Shown here piece by piece: positions 18,917 to 28,361 of a stretch of DNA of 64,000 nt. The notes under the pieces are model-generated. The model was given only the letters and a program-made list of their open reading frames with translations, was not told where the DNA came from and did no database searches. The stretch covers positions 1 to 64,000 of the forward strand of contig CAXXMV010000001.1 of the NCBI GenBank assembly GCA_963662285.2. Direction: 5' to 3'. The stretch is from a bacterium. Its GTDB lineage: Bacteria; Hinthialibacterota; Hinthialibacteria; Hinthialibacterales; Hinthialibacteraceae. Position numbers and translations under genes: made by a program. Each line of letters starts with the position of its first letter. Positions within the stretch are counted from its first letter, which is position 1.

Positions 18917-19839
18917 TCTCGTAACTCTCTTCCGGTCAGTTTCAAGAAGACGCTCTCCAGGCTAGGCTTTTGCATGGACAGGTCGTCGATATCAATCCCT
19001 CCATCGGTCAATTTCTGCAAGAGAGACGCGATATTGGTTCCATTCGATTTGAGGCTGAGGGTTGCGGTCTTATCTTCCATACTTAAGAAATTGACCGCTA
19101 AGCCGCTAAGAGCTTCTTTAAATGCCGGGGCCGTGAACTCACCGTGAATGGTGACCAGTTCACCGTCGCCCACTACCTGCGCCAGTTGATCCACTGTTCC
19201 GGTTTGCAGTATCTTGCCATGATCCATAATGGCGATGCGCTCGCATAGGGCTTCGGCCTCTTCCAGGTGATGAGTGGTAAAGAGGATGGTGGTTCCCTCG
19301 CGAGCGATTTCGCGGATCAGATCGAGGATAGTATTACGCGCCTGGGGATCGATGCCTACTGTAGGTTCATCGAGCAAAATGACTTTGGGATTATGCACCA
19401 TTCCTATGGCCAGATTCAAACGGCGCTTCATGCCGCCGGAGTATTTGGCCACCGTATCGTTAGCGCGGTCAGAAAGACCGACCCGGTCGAGCCACTGATT
19501 TATATTTGATTTCAATTCTGAAGAGCTGAGATTATATAAACTGCCCCAAAAACGCAGGTTTTCTCTTGCGGTTAATTCTTCATACAAGGCGATATCCTGA
19601 GGAACCAGACCGATAATACACTTGGCGGCTTTGGGCATTTGCCAGATATCCATATCGCCGACCAATACCCGCCCTTTATCAGGCTTCAGCAGACCGGATA
19701 TCATGGATAAAGTGGTGGTCTTCCCCGCCCCGTTAGGCCCTAAAAAGCCGAAGAGTTCGCCTTCAGCGACCTCGAAGGAGATATCATCCACCGCCCGCAG
19801 TTCGCCGTAACTTTTCTTTAATTTTTCAACCAGGATCAT
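18913..19839 (-). CDS. ABC exporter ATP-binding protein (DrrA-like)
   Basis: GPNGAGKTT, YSGGMKRR, LDEPTVGIDP, SLESVFLKLTG. Confidence 0.93.
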   Translation of the reverse strand: MILVEKLKKSYGELRAVDDISFEVAEGELFGFLGPNGAGKTTTLSMISGLLKPDKGRVLVGDMDIWQMPKAAKCIIGLVPQDIALYEELTARENLRFWGSLYNLSSSELKSNINQWLDRVGLSDRANDTVAKYSGGMKRRLNLAIGMVHNPKVILLDEPTVGIDPQARNTILDLIREIAREGTTILFTTHHLEEAEALCERIAIMDHGKILQTGTVDQLAQVVGDGELVTIHGEFTAPAFKEALSGLAVNFLSMEDKTATLSLKSNGTNIASLLQKLTDGGIDIDDLSMQKPSLESVFLKLTGRELRD

Positions 19840-20031
19840 TCGATTTCACCCAACAAATGCATTTTAATCTATTAATTAGTTAATACGTAATACTACTGCA
19901 AAACATTTAAAATAAATTAGAGTAATATTATAAAAACAGCTGATTTTCAATAAAAAACCGATTGAAGGTCGGTATTTTGATGATCCGGGTTACATAATAT
20001 CTGAAGCGTAACTTTAGAAAGGGGACGACCG

Positions 20032-21054
20032 ATGACTCAGTTAAAACTTATTGCAAGCCTTATATTAATCTCATTCGCCTTTCTCCCGACCACTGAAGCA
20101 AAGACAGCGGACGCACTAAATCCGCAAGCATGTGTCATAAGCCCTATAAACCAAGAGAAATACCCGCTCTATCCGGCGCCTATTAGCAGCAAACCTGATA
20201 TCCCTTCACCTTTCATTACCGATGATGGAATCGAGATTATCACTGCTCTCACCATTGATGGAGATTATCTCCTCATTCCGGTCACTCAAGCAAATGATGA
20301 GCGGATCAATCCCGAATTAAAGATAAAAATGGGTAAGGGATTGCAATTAGAGATAGATGAAAAAGATTTTCCCACTCTGGCCCGAACCGGTCTTCATGCT
20401 ACGCATGAACTGGATAATGCCAAAACGATTACGGGCAAACCAGTTGAGAAGATTACTGAAATTGGCCGTCCCGATCAATCATCCGGCGTCGGTTTTATGA
20501 GCAAAAGTGAAAATATCATCTCCGTTTTGAAGGGCGACAACCGACTGGTTAAAGAATTGGGGCTAACTCATCCCCAAATGGCCAAGCCTCTATTTCATGT
20601 CTGGAACCTGGCTTTGCAGGATATTGAAACCGGACATTTCAGGAGATTCTGGAAGCATTTCCAATATGTCCTTTACAACCAGCAAAAAGTTATTATCTCT
20701 GGTTTTGGAACCAAGGGTTGGCAGGAATCCATTTTCAACGATGAAATCAAAGGAACCTATCAGTTTGACATCCACCGTGAACTAAATGCAAAAGAGATCA
20801 GTTTTCTGCGAGAAAAATATGCTGAGCTGAGCGAGCCGCAATTCAAGGTATTAACCGAAAACCTGACCCGCATCCATATCGGCGAGATGGTACCATACTA
20901 CATCATGCGCTATGGATTCTATGAAGGACACACCGGATACCGCGCCGATCCCATCGCCCTGTCATGCATCTTCGGTTTAAGAAGCATCGAACAGATAGAA
21001 GCTGTGTTTCCCCATAAATTATATCAGGCATTGACAGATCATTTTACCGAATGA
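20032..21054 (+). CDS. secreted hypothetical protein
   Basis: Signal peptide; conserved-looking motifs GRP..SSGVGFM, DN..V..LGLTH, RYGFYEGHTGYRADP. Confidence 0.7.
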   Translation: MTQLKLIASLILISFAFLPTTEAKTADALNPQACVISPINQEKYPLYPAPISSKPDIPSPFITDDGIEIITALTIDGDYLLIPVTQANDERINPELKIKMGKGLQLEIDEKDFPTLARTGLHATHELDNAKTITGKPVEKITEIGRPDQSSGVGFMSKSENIISVLKGDNRLVKELGLTHPQMAKPLFHVWNLALQDIETGHFRRFWKHFQYVLYNQQKVIISGFGTKGWQESIFNDEIKGTYQFDIHRELNAKEISFLREKYAELSEPQFKVLTENLTRIHIGEMVPYYIMRYGFYEGHTGYRADPIALSCIFGLRSIEQIEAVFPHKLYQALTDHFTE

Positions 21055-21179
21055 AGCGCCGTTGCGGGTTGATAAACCGAATGGCCAACTTGAACATTAT
21101 TATGATAACTGCTCTAGTAGTACGACACACTCGTTTTTCGGGAAGCATTCATAATTCCCCCTCACCCTAGCCCTCTCCC

Positions 21180-22686
21180 TGTACAGACCGGGTAGATGGG
21201 TAACACATGTTCGGGGACATGGGTTACAGTTTTTTATCAAAACCGGGATTTATCCCAGGTTATTGTTTGAGTTTTTTTTTAGGCATCTAGAGATGCTCAG
21301 GATAATTGGTTGGCTTAGAGGGAGGAGGTGAATATTTCACCTCCTGCATTATCCCTCGCACCTCGGATCGGCTATCCCTGGCGGGTTGCACTCCTGCAGC
21401 GCCCGCTTCCGTTTCGCCCAACCAATTTCTATTGTGACGCCTTTTTCTGGATTGCCAAGTTATCTTCTTTGATTTCATTCAAACGCAGATCGAGCGTCTT
21501 GATTTTTTGTCGGCAAAAATATACGTCCATCATCCCATCGGTCATAGCGGGTTTCAAGGCAACCGGGCATCCTACCAGGGCGCGGCTCACCCGGAAATCT
21601 TCACCACGGTACGCCACCCGACCTCCTTGTTGCACCTTCCTGATAATGCTGCCCGGCGCGTACTCGATATCCGGCAAACTTCCCGGATAAACAAAAGGAC
21701 TGGACGTATAATGGTTAGCCGGGACATCCATATCCAGGGCTTCGTGAGGACGCTCAAAATTGTATTCATAACGCCACTCATCAAACCGCCTTTGGCAATA
21801 TTCCAAATCCACAAACGATTCCCTTATCAGCAATTCTTGCTTAAAGGTCCGGTGAAATCGCTCGACCTTGCCTTGGGTTTGCGGATGGTAGGGGCGACCG
21901 TGATACACGCGAATACCCAATCGTATCAGCCATATTGTCAATCTGGTGTATTCGCAGGTTTTGCATCCTCCCCACGGACTTCCGTTATCCATCAACATCG
22001 CCCGAGGCATACCATACATCCTGAACACGCTTTCCAGGGAGTCTTGCACGGTTTCCCTTTGCTGATTGGCGCACGAAAATAATCCGGGAACAAAGCGCGT
22101 GCAATCATCCAGAATGCTGAGCGGATAACAGCGTGCTTTGAGCGTGGGAAAATCTCCTTTGAAATCCATTTGCCACAATTCGTTGGGCGTATCTTTTTCA
22201 AAACGCTTATAGGCTTTGTGCTTGTGACTTTCCTTTTCATCCAGCAATCCCAGTCGGCGTAACACGGCAGTAATAGTGCTGGCGCTAGGAACATTTTCGT
22301 ATCCCAATTGAATCAGACGAGAGCGAATTTTGCGTCCTCCCCATCCTTTTTCGCGATTTTCTGTAATGGCTTGCTCGATAGACTTATCTGTTTGATGAGG
22401 GCAAGTATTGGGTTTTTTGGAACGGTCTTGGAGATTTTCGACTCCTCCTTCTTTGTACCGTTTGATCCATTTGTAACCCGTCTTACGGCTGATATCAAAC
22501 CGTTTACATAATTGGCTGATGTTGCTTTCTTCTTGCTGGCTCAACAATACGAATTCTTTTCTCAGAGACATAAGGTCCACCTCGTTCCAGGGCATATTCT
22601 TCGCCTCCTTTCAAGGCTAGAATACACTCAGGGAATGTGTTACCTATGTCCCCGAACACCTGTTACCCATGTCCCAGGCCTTTACA
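21180..22686 (-). mobile_element. IS481-family insertion sequence (1507 bp), 5-bp TSD CTCCC, inserted in a family-C REP
   Basis: TGT...ACA ends, about 50-bp imperfect IRs with internal ggacatgggtaaca-like repeats; ctccc at 21175-21179 and 22687-22691. Confidence 0.93.
21429..22595 (-). CDS. IS481-family transposase
   Basis: MPW, ISRKTGYKW HTH, PNELWQMDFKG, DNG, HPQTQGKVERFHRT, YNFERPHEAL. Confidence 0.95.
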   Translation of the reverse strand: MPWNEVDLMSLRKEFVLLSQQEESNISQLCKRFDISRKTGYKWIKRYKEGGVENLQDRSKKPNTCPHQTDKSIEQAITENREKGWGGRKIRSRLIQLGYENVPSASTITAVLRRLGLLDEKESHKHKAYKRFEKDTPNELWQMDFKGDFPTLKARCYPLSILDDCTRFVPGLFSCANQQRETVQDSLESVFRMYGMPRAMLMDNGSPWGGCKTCEYTRLTIWLIRLGIRVYHGRPYHPQTQGKVERFHRTFKQELLIRESFVDLEYCQRRFDEWRYEYNFERPHEALDMDVPANHYTSSPFVYPGSLPDIEYAPGSIIRKVQQGGRVAYRGEDFRVSRALVGCPVALKPAMTDGMMDVYFCRQKIKTLDLRLNEIKEDNLAIQKKASQ

Positions 22687-22994
22687 CTCCCAGAGGGAGA
22701 GGGAACGAGGTTGCCCGACATAATGAGTTGGTCGCACTACTAGCAGGTGGTTCTTTGATAGGTCGGTAAAGCTAATCTATCCTACGCGTTGTAATCCTCT
22801 TATACGCTCTTTTCCCACCAAACCCGCTGCTGTTAAAGCCTTAAAAATAAATAGATTATCTGCTAAATTAACGATAATGTTAATAAAGATTGACGGCGGC
22901 ATATCATATATTAAATTGAGATGTCATCGGCGGACATCATTTTTTCAATCACTCGATGTGGGAAAGAATTTTATCCAAAAAGGAACGGCGGATA

Positions 22995-25900
22995 ATGCGA
23001 AAATTTACGGCAATTGTGAGCTTTGTTTTGTTGGCAGCGGCATGCGGGACAGTCTTTGCGGGTGAGGTAGAGCGTCTCGCGCTTTGGCCGGAGATGGATG
23101 AATGGCTGGCCGGGGAAGGTCAGGGATTCATGGTTCCCACTGTGGAAACCACGGATTGGGTTGGTTTTATCAGCGAAGGAAACCGGATTCGTGGATTGGA
23201 CACTGGCCACAGTTTCCGCTATACCTTCGACCGCCAGGGTGAATTTTACTTAGGCGTCATTCTTATCGACGATCCCGATGGCATCGAACGCTTGCAGGTT
23301 TCCTTCAACGGGCGCGATATCGGAACGATTTTCGGCGCCGATGATAATGGTAAGGCGCTCTATAGTTTCGCTGAAAAACTGACGGCAAAACCGGGCGATG
23401 TCTTAGACTTCACCTGCCTGACTCCGGTGGGTTGTTATCGAATCTATGACCTGGTCTTTGCCAAGAAACCCATTACTCCACCGCGTCCTCAATTCAGATT
23501 TATTGAAACATGGTCTACAAAGCCGGGGAACATAGACATCTGCTGGACCACAACCGGCATCGTTGGGACCGGGCGGATTACATGTAAAACCGTGAACTCC
23601 AAACCCGAATCCGCCGCGTCACAGGCAGAGGGCAGAAATCACCGAATTCGACTTTCCGGTTTGGATTCCACTGAGGAATATACCGGGAGGATCATAACGA
23701 CATGGCAAGGCAAAGAGTTGGCCTCGGAGCCGTTCACGTTCCAGGCGGCGCCTAAGAAACCAGCGTCTTCACAGGAACTCTCTATTGAACTGGCATTACC
23801 AGAGCCTACGGATACACCGCGCCATGCATGGCCCGTCACGATTGGCATTCCCTTTGAACGGGGAAAACTTGCGCAGCAGGACGACCTTAGTTTGTTTGAT
23901 CCACAGGGCAGACAGGTGACGCTGCAAACCTCAACCACCTCACTCTGGGACGATGGAAGCGTTAAGTGGGTGACCTTGGATTTCCTGGCGAATAGCGGGG
24001 CTAACAATACATATCGATTAAAATCCAAGTCTGGCGGCGCAGTACATAATAGCAAAAACGCCCAACTTCTCATCATTGAAGAATCTCCCAGAGGATGGGA
24101 TATGACAACCGGCGCTACGAGTTTTACTATAGCAAAAAGTGGATCGACGTTCTTTGGTCAATATGGATTTGACCGCAACCGGGACGGAATAATTAGCGCT
24201 GCGGAATGGACATATGGCGCCGCTGCTTCGGGTCTGGTGATGGAGACAGAGGATAGACAGATTCTAACCTGCGCGGCGCCCAAGTCGGTCGATGTCACTG
24301 AAAACGGGCCAATCAGGGCAGTGGTTGAGAGCGCTGGCTCAATGCTCGGATCAGACGGAGATAAGGGATGGCGCTATCTTGTCAGGCTTACGTTCTGGAA
24401 GGGGATGCCGGGCATGGCGGTCAACGTAACTCTGTGGAATGGAGACGCTGAACCGCTGTTTAGAAAGGTTCGGCGCGTATCGGTAAATGTTCCCATGGCT
24501 GGCGCCCCCGCTCTGCGTGGAGCGTTTCAGGGCGACACGCCCGCCCAAGTAAAAGAAGGTGAGGAGATGCGTCTCTTCCAGGATCAGGACTCTCATTATA
24601 TTCAATCCTGCGGCGCGGAGAAGAAAGAAGGCGAGCGGGCCTTGGGTTTAGTTTTAATGAACCAAGGCGAGGGGACGTTGTCGCTGCTTTACCGCGATTT
24701 CTGGCAAACCTATCCCAGCGCGTTGGAACTTGATGCTAATGGTTTGCGCGTGGATCTGCTGCCCGCTTTGGCGCCTGATGCCTATACCATAGAGAATGCC
24801 AAGGGATGGTATCACCGTCTTTACCAGTGGTTTGAAGATGGCTGCTATCTCATGCGCGCGGGGCAAACCACCCAGCACGAGTTCTATATTTGGTTTAATG
24901 AAGATGAAAACAAACAAGACGCAGTTCAACAGTCGTCATGGTTTACGCATCCACTGCTAGCGCAGGCGTCACCCGAATATCTCTGTTCAACGGGAGTTTT
25001 AGGAAGCGATGTTTTTCCCAAGACTCCGGGCGTGTGGGATTCGTATGAAACCTTTTTCGATTCTGGATTTAAGGGATTAGTGCAGGCGCGAGAATCAGAC
25101 CGGATGTATGGCTGGATGAACTTCGGCGACTGGTATGGTGAGCGGGGATACAATGCGGGCAACAACGAATACGATCTCGCATGGTGCCTGGGTCTGCAAT
25201 GGATGCGAACTGGCGACCGGCAGTATTTCACGCCCGGCCTCGAAATGGCGCGGCACTATGCGACGGTCGATACCATCCGGGGCGCATGGACGGAGAATGT
25301 CCCAGGCGTGGTGTGGGAACATTCATTTAACCATGTAGGAACGCGGAGAACGCCCGATGCGCTGGGCTTTGATGAACATGCGCGGAATTATGCCGCCAGC
25401 CAACCCGGCACCTTTGAGGGCGGCATGGATCCACAAGGCCATATCTTTGAAGATGGCGTGTGGCTCTACGGCTTGCTCACCGGCGACGCATTTCTGTTGG
25501 AAACAGCCGGGCGCGTGTGCACCAGTCAGGCTGATTTTCTGACGCCCACTTTCGATTTCGAGATTGAGCGGGGGGGCGGATGGCCTCTCATCAATGCGAC
25601 CGGCGCCTATCTGTTCACCGGAAATCCCTACTATCTCAATGCGGCGCGCATCATGGTGCAGCGTTGCCTGGAAAGACATGACCCCAAACACGGCGGGTGG
25701 CCTCATGTGCCGCCATTGAACGAGACGCTTGGCGTCGCTGTAGTGGGAGGTAAAGCTTTTGCCACGGGAGTTCTGGGCTTTGGATTGCTGCGCTATCTGA
25801 ATGTCGAACCCAGGAAGCGCCCTGATGTGGAGCAGATGATGATCAACACAGCCGACTGGCTCATGAACGAATCGTGGGAACCAGGGAACGGCTTTAAGTA

Positions 25901-26165
25901 CATCACCAACGCACCCAATTACATTGGCAAGGGACATCGAGGGCATGAATGCGTCATGAACGCGGACATCATCGGCTACGCCTATGAAAAAACAGGCGAC
26001 AAGAAGTATCTAGAATTCTGGGAAGAGATGATGGCCGGCGCCTTCGATGTTGGATTAACAGGTTGGGGTAAAGGATTCTCACAGGGAAGCCGACAGACAA
26101 TCTTCGGTCTGGTTGGCGCCAGAAAAGCCGGGATCACAAACTGCAAGCCGCTCGAAAAGAAATAA
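22995..26165 (+). CDS. secreted multidomain protein with a YetA/PL26 (exo-rhamnogalacturonan lyase-like) C-terminal region
   Basis: Signal peptide, FN3-like segment, PVTIGIPF..G, WDDGSVKW, ENGPIRA, DFWQTYP, YGWMNFGDW..NNEYD; start uncertain (ORF opens at 22956). Confidence 0.6.
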   Translation: MRKFTAIVSFVLLAAACGTVFAGEVERLALWPEMDEWLAGEGQGFMVPTVETTDWVGFISEGNRIRGLDTGHSFRYTFDRQGEFYLGVILIDDPDGIERLQVSFNGRDIGTIFGADDNGKALYSFAEKLTAKPGDVLDFTCLTPVGCYRIYDLVFAKKPITPPRPQFRFIETWSTKPGNIDICWTTTGIVGTGRITCKTVNSKPESAASQAEGRNHRIRLSGLDSTEEYTGRIITTWQGKELASEPFTFQAAPKKPASSQELSIELALPEPTDTPRHAWPVTIGIPFERGKLAQQDDLSLFDPQGRQVTLQTSTTSLWDDGSVKWVTLDFLANSGANNTYRLKSKSGGAVHNSKNAQLLIIEESPRGWDMTTGATSFTIAKSGSTFFGQYGFDRNRDGIISAAEWTYGAAASGLVMETEDRQILTCAAPKSVDVTENGPIRAVVESAGSMLGSDGDKGWRYLVRLTFWKGMPGMAVNVTLWNGDAEPLFRKVRRVSVNVPMAGAPALRGAFQGDTPAQVKEGEEMRLFQDQDSHYIQSCGAEKKEGERALGLVLMNQGEGTLSLLYRDFWQTYPSALELDANGLRVDLLPALAPDAYTIENAKGWYHRLYQWFEDGCYLMRAGQTTQHEFYIWFNEDENKQDAVQQSSWFTHPLLAQASPEYLCSTGVLGSDVFPKTPGVWDSYETFFDSGFKGLVQARESDRMYGWMNFGDWYGERGYNAGNNEYDLAWCLGLQWMRTGDRQYFTPGLEMARHYATVDTIRGAWTENVPGVVWEHSFNHVGTRRTPDALGFDEHARNYAASQPGTFEGGMDPQGHIFEDGVWLYGLLTGDAFLLETAGRVCTSQADFLTPTFDFEIERGGGWPLINATGAYLFTGNPYYLNAARIMVQRCLERHDPKHGGWPHVPPLNETLGVAVVGGKAFATGVLGFGLLRYLNVEPRKRPDVEQMMINTADWLMNESWEPGNGFKYITNAPNYIGKGHRGHECVMNADIIGYAYEKTGDKKYLEFWEEMMAGAFDVGLTGWGKGFSQGSRQTIFGLVGARKAGITNCKPLEKK

Positions 26166-26548
26166 GTAAAAACGTCGATTAGGAGCGATTGAACCATAAC
26201 AGGCGGCTATAATACAAAAAAAGTCAGTTTATTTTGGATTTCTTTTTATGTATTTTGTAATCAGCACAATATATGATATTATTTTATAATTTCTTTTCAC
26301 TCATTAGGAGGAAATTTTTCCAGTTATTGCTTTGCTCAGGTGGCTTATATCAACTCTCTCCTTACCTCTCCCAAGAGGGGGTTGTTTTTCTATAATTCAG
26401 ATTCTCAATTTGTGTTATGATCATAATCTAACTGCCGTTTTTTAAGGATAATACGTTGGTTAATCAGTTCAAATTAGATTTCAAGTAATTGCATGTATTT
26501 TGATTACAACAATTCCCGAAAAACAGTTAACATCCTAAGGAGTGAGTT

Positions 26549-28156
26549 ATGTTATCGAAAAATATAAATCGTAGAGATGTGATGAAAAGCATCGGCATGT
26601 TGCCGTTATGCCTCAGCAGTCAACTCTCGGCCAAGACTAAAGCCAAACAGCCCAATATCCTGTTTATTTTTTCCGATGACCATTCATTGCAAACTTTGGG
26701 CGCTTACAAGTCAAGGATGCAGGAGTTCATTAAGATGCATAATATCACTCCTAACATCGATAAGATCGCCGCCCAGGGCGTGGTTTTCGATAACAGTTTC
26801 GTAGGTAATTCAATCTGCGGCCCCAGCCGGGCTTCCATCCTGACAGGCAAACACAGTCACATTAACGGTTTCAGGGCTAATGGGGATAAGTTCGATTCAA
26901 GTCAATGGACTGTAGCCAAGGAACTGCAAAAAGCGAATTACCAGACGGCGGTGATAGGTAAATGGCATCTGGCCTCTCTTCCTACCGGATTTGACGATTA
27001 TAAGATATTGCCGGGTCAGGGCATGTATTATAATCCCGATTTCATTTCCAAGGGTTCCGAAAAACCAATCCGCAAACAGGGTTACTGCTCTGATGTTATC
27101 GGCGACCTGACCATCGATTGGCTGGATAAGAAAAGGGATAAATCCAAGCCGTTCTTCCTGTGCAGCTGGCACAAAGCCCCGCACCGCACCTGGATGCCTC
27201 ACCCCAGACATTTTAACCTACTCGACGGCGTGGATGTTCCGGAACCAGAAAATCTGTTTGACGATTACGAAGGACGCACTTCCTCAGCGCTTGAGCAGGA
27301 AATGACCATCCGCGACCATATCAACATAGCCACTGATGTGAAAGTTACGCCGCCATTCTCCACTACATCACCAGAGGAGATGCTGGAAGCAATTCCCAAG
27401 ACAAAATCCCAGGACAGAGTTACCATCGGTGAATACAAGCGGATGACCCCTGAGCAAAAGAAGGCATGGGATGAATATTACGCGCCCCGCAACGAAAAGT
27501 TCCGCGCCCAGAACTTAAAAGGAAAGGAACTTACCCGTTGGAAATACCAAGCCTATTTGAAGGATTATATAAAGTGCATCAAAGCAATGGATGATAATGT
27601 CGGTAGAGTTCTGGATTACCTTAAAGAGAATAATCTCGAAGATAACACCATTGTTATTTATAGTTCGGATCAAGGATTTTATAACGGCGAGCACGGCTGG
27701 TATGACAAGCGCTGGATGTATGAGGAGTCGCTGCGCAACCCGTTGATCATTAAATGGCCGGAAGTGACCCAGCCAGGAACCCGCTGCAAAGAACTTGTTC
27801 AGAACATCGACTATGCGCCCACCATCCTTGAAGCGGCTGGAATCAAGACGCCCCAAGAAGTCCAGGGGAAATCACTGGCGCCCCTGCTCAAAGGCGAATC
27901 CCCCGAAGACTGGCGCAAGAGCATCCTCTACACCTATTACGGAAGAGGCGCCCATGCCGTCACCACTCACCGGGGCGTGCGCAATGAGCGTTATAAACTG
28001 ATTGAATTTTATACCAAAGGCGAATGGGAATTTTATGATCTAAATAAAGATCCGCTGGAAATGAAGAGCGAATATGATAATCCAAAATACACTAAAATCA
28101 TCAGCGGTATGAAACAGGAGTTAAAGAAGTTGATGGCGGATTATAAACTTGGATAA
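26549..28156 (+). CDS. Tat-exported formylglycine-dependent sulfatase
   Basis: NRRD signal, PNILFIFSDDH, CGPSRASILTG, GKWHL, SSDQG, DKRWMYEES. Confidence 0.93.
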   Translation: MLSKNINRRDVMKSIGMLPLCLSSQLSAKTKAKQPNILFIFSDDHSLQTLGAYKSRMQEFIKMHNITPNIDKIAAQGVVFDNSFVGNSICGPSRASILTGKHSHINGFRANGDKFDSSQWTVAKELQKANYQTAVIGKWHLASLPTGFDDYKILPGQGMYYNPDFISKGSEKPIRKQGYCSDVIGDLTIDWLDKKRDKSKPFFLCSWHKAPHRTWMPHPRHFNLLDGVDVPEPENLFDDYEGRTSSALEQEMTIRDHINIATDVKVTPPFSTTSPEEMLEAIPKTKSQDRVTIGEYKRMTPEQKKAWDEYYAPRNEKFRAQNLKGKELTRWKYQAYLKDYIKCIKAMDDNVGRVLDYLKENNLEDNTIVIYSSDQGFYNGEHGWYDKRWMYEESLRNPLIIKWPEVTQPGTRCKELVQNIDYAPTILEAAGIKTPQEVQGKSLAPLLKGESPEDWRKSILYTYYGRGAHAVTTHRGVRNERYKLIEFYTKGEWEFYDLNKDPLEMKSEYDNPKYTKIISGMKQELKKLMADYKLG

Positions 28157-28285
28157 TTCTACTCAACCTGATAACGATAGTTAGATTATTGAGGTTGCAG
28201 AAAAACCAAAGAGGATTTGTAACCGGGGTAACCTCAAGGGATTACCCCTACGATTATTCATTGATCGTTTACTATGCATATTAAC

Positions 28286-28319
28286 AAGGGCTTGAGAATG
28301 GGATTGCTCTCAAGCCCTT
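28286..28319. terminator. hairpin between convergent genes
   Basis: aagggcttgaga-atgggattgc-tctcaagccctt. Confidence 0.55.
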
Positions 28320-28361
28320 TAGTTAATCAAACCTACTTGGGGGGAGGAATTCAGCAGGTTT

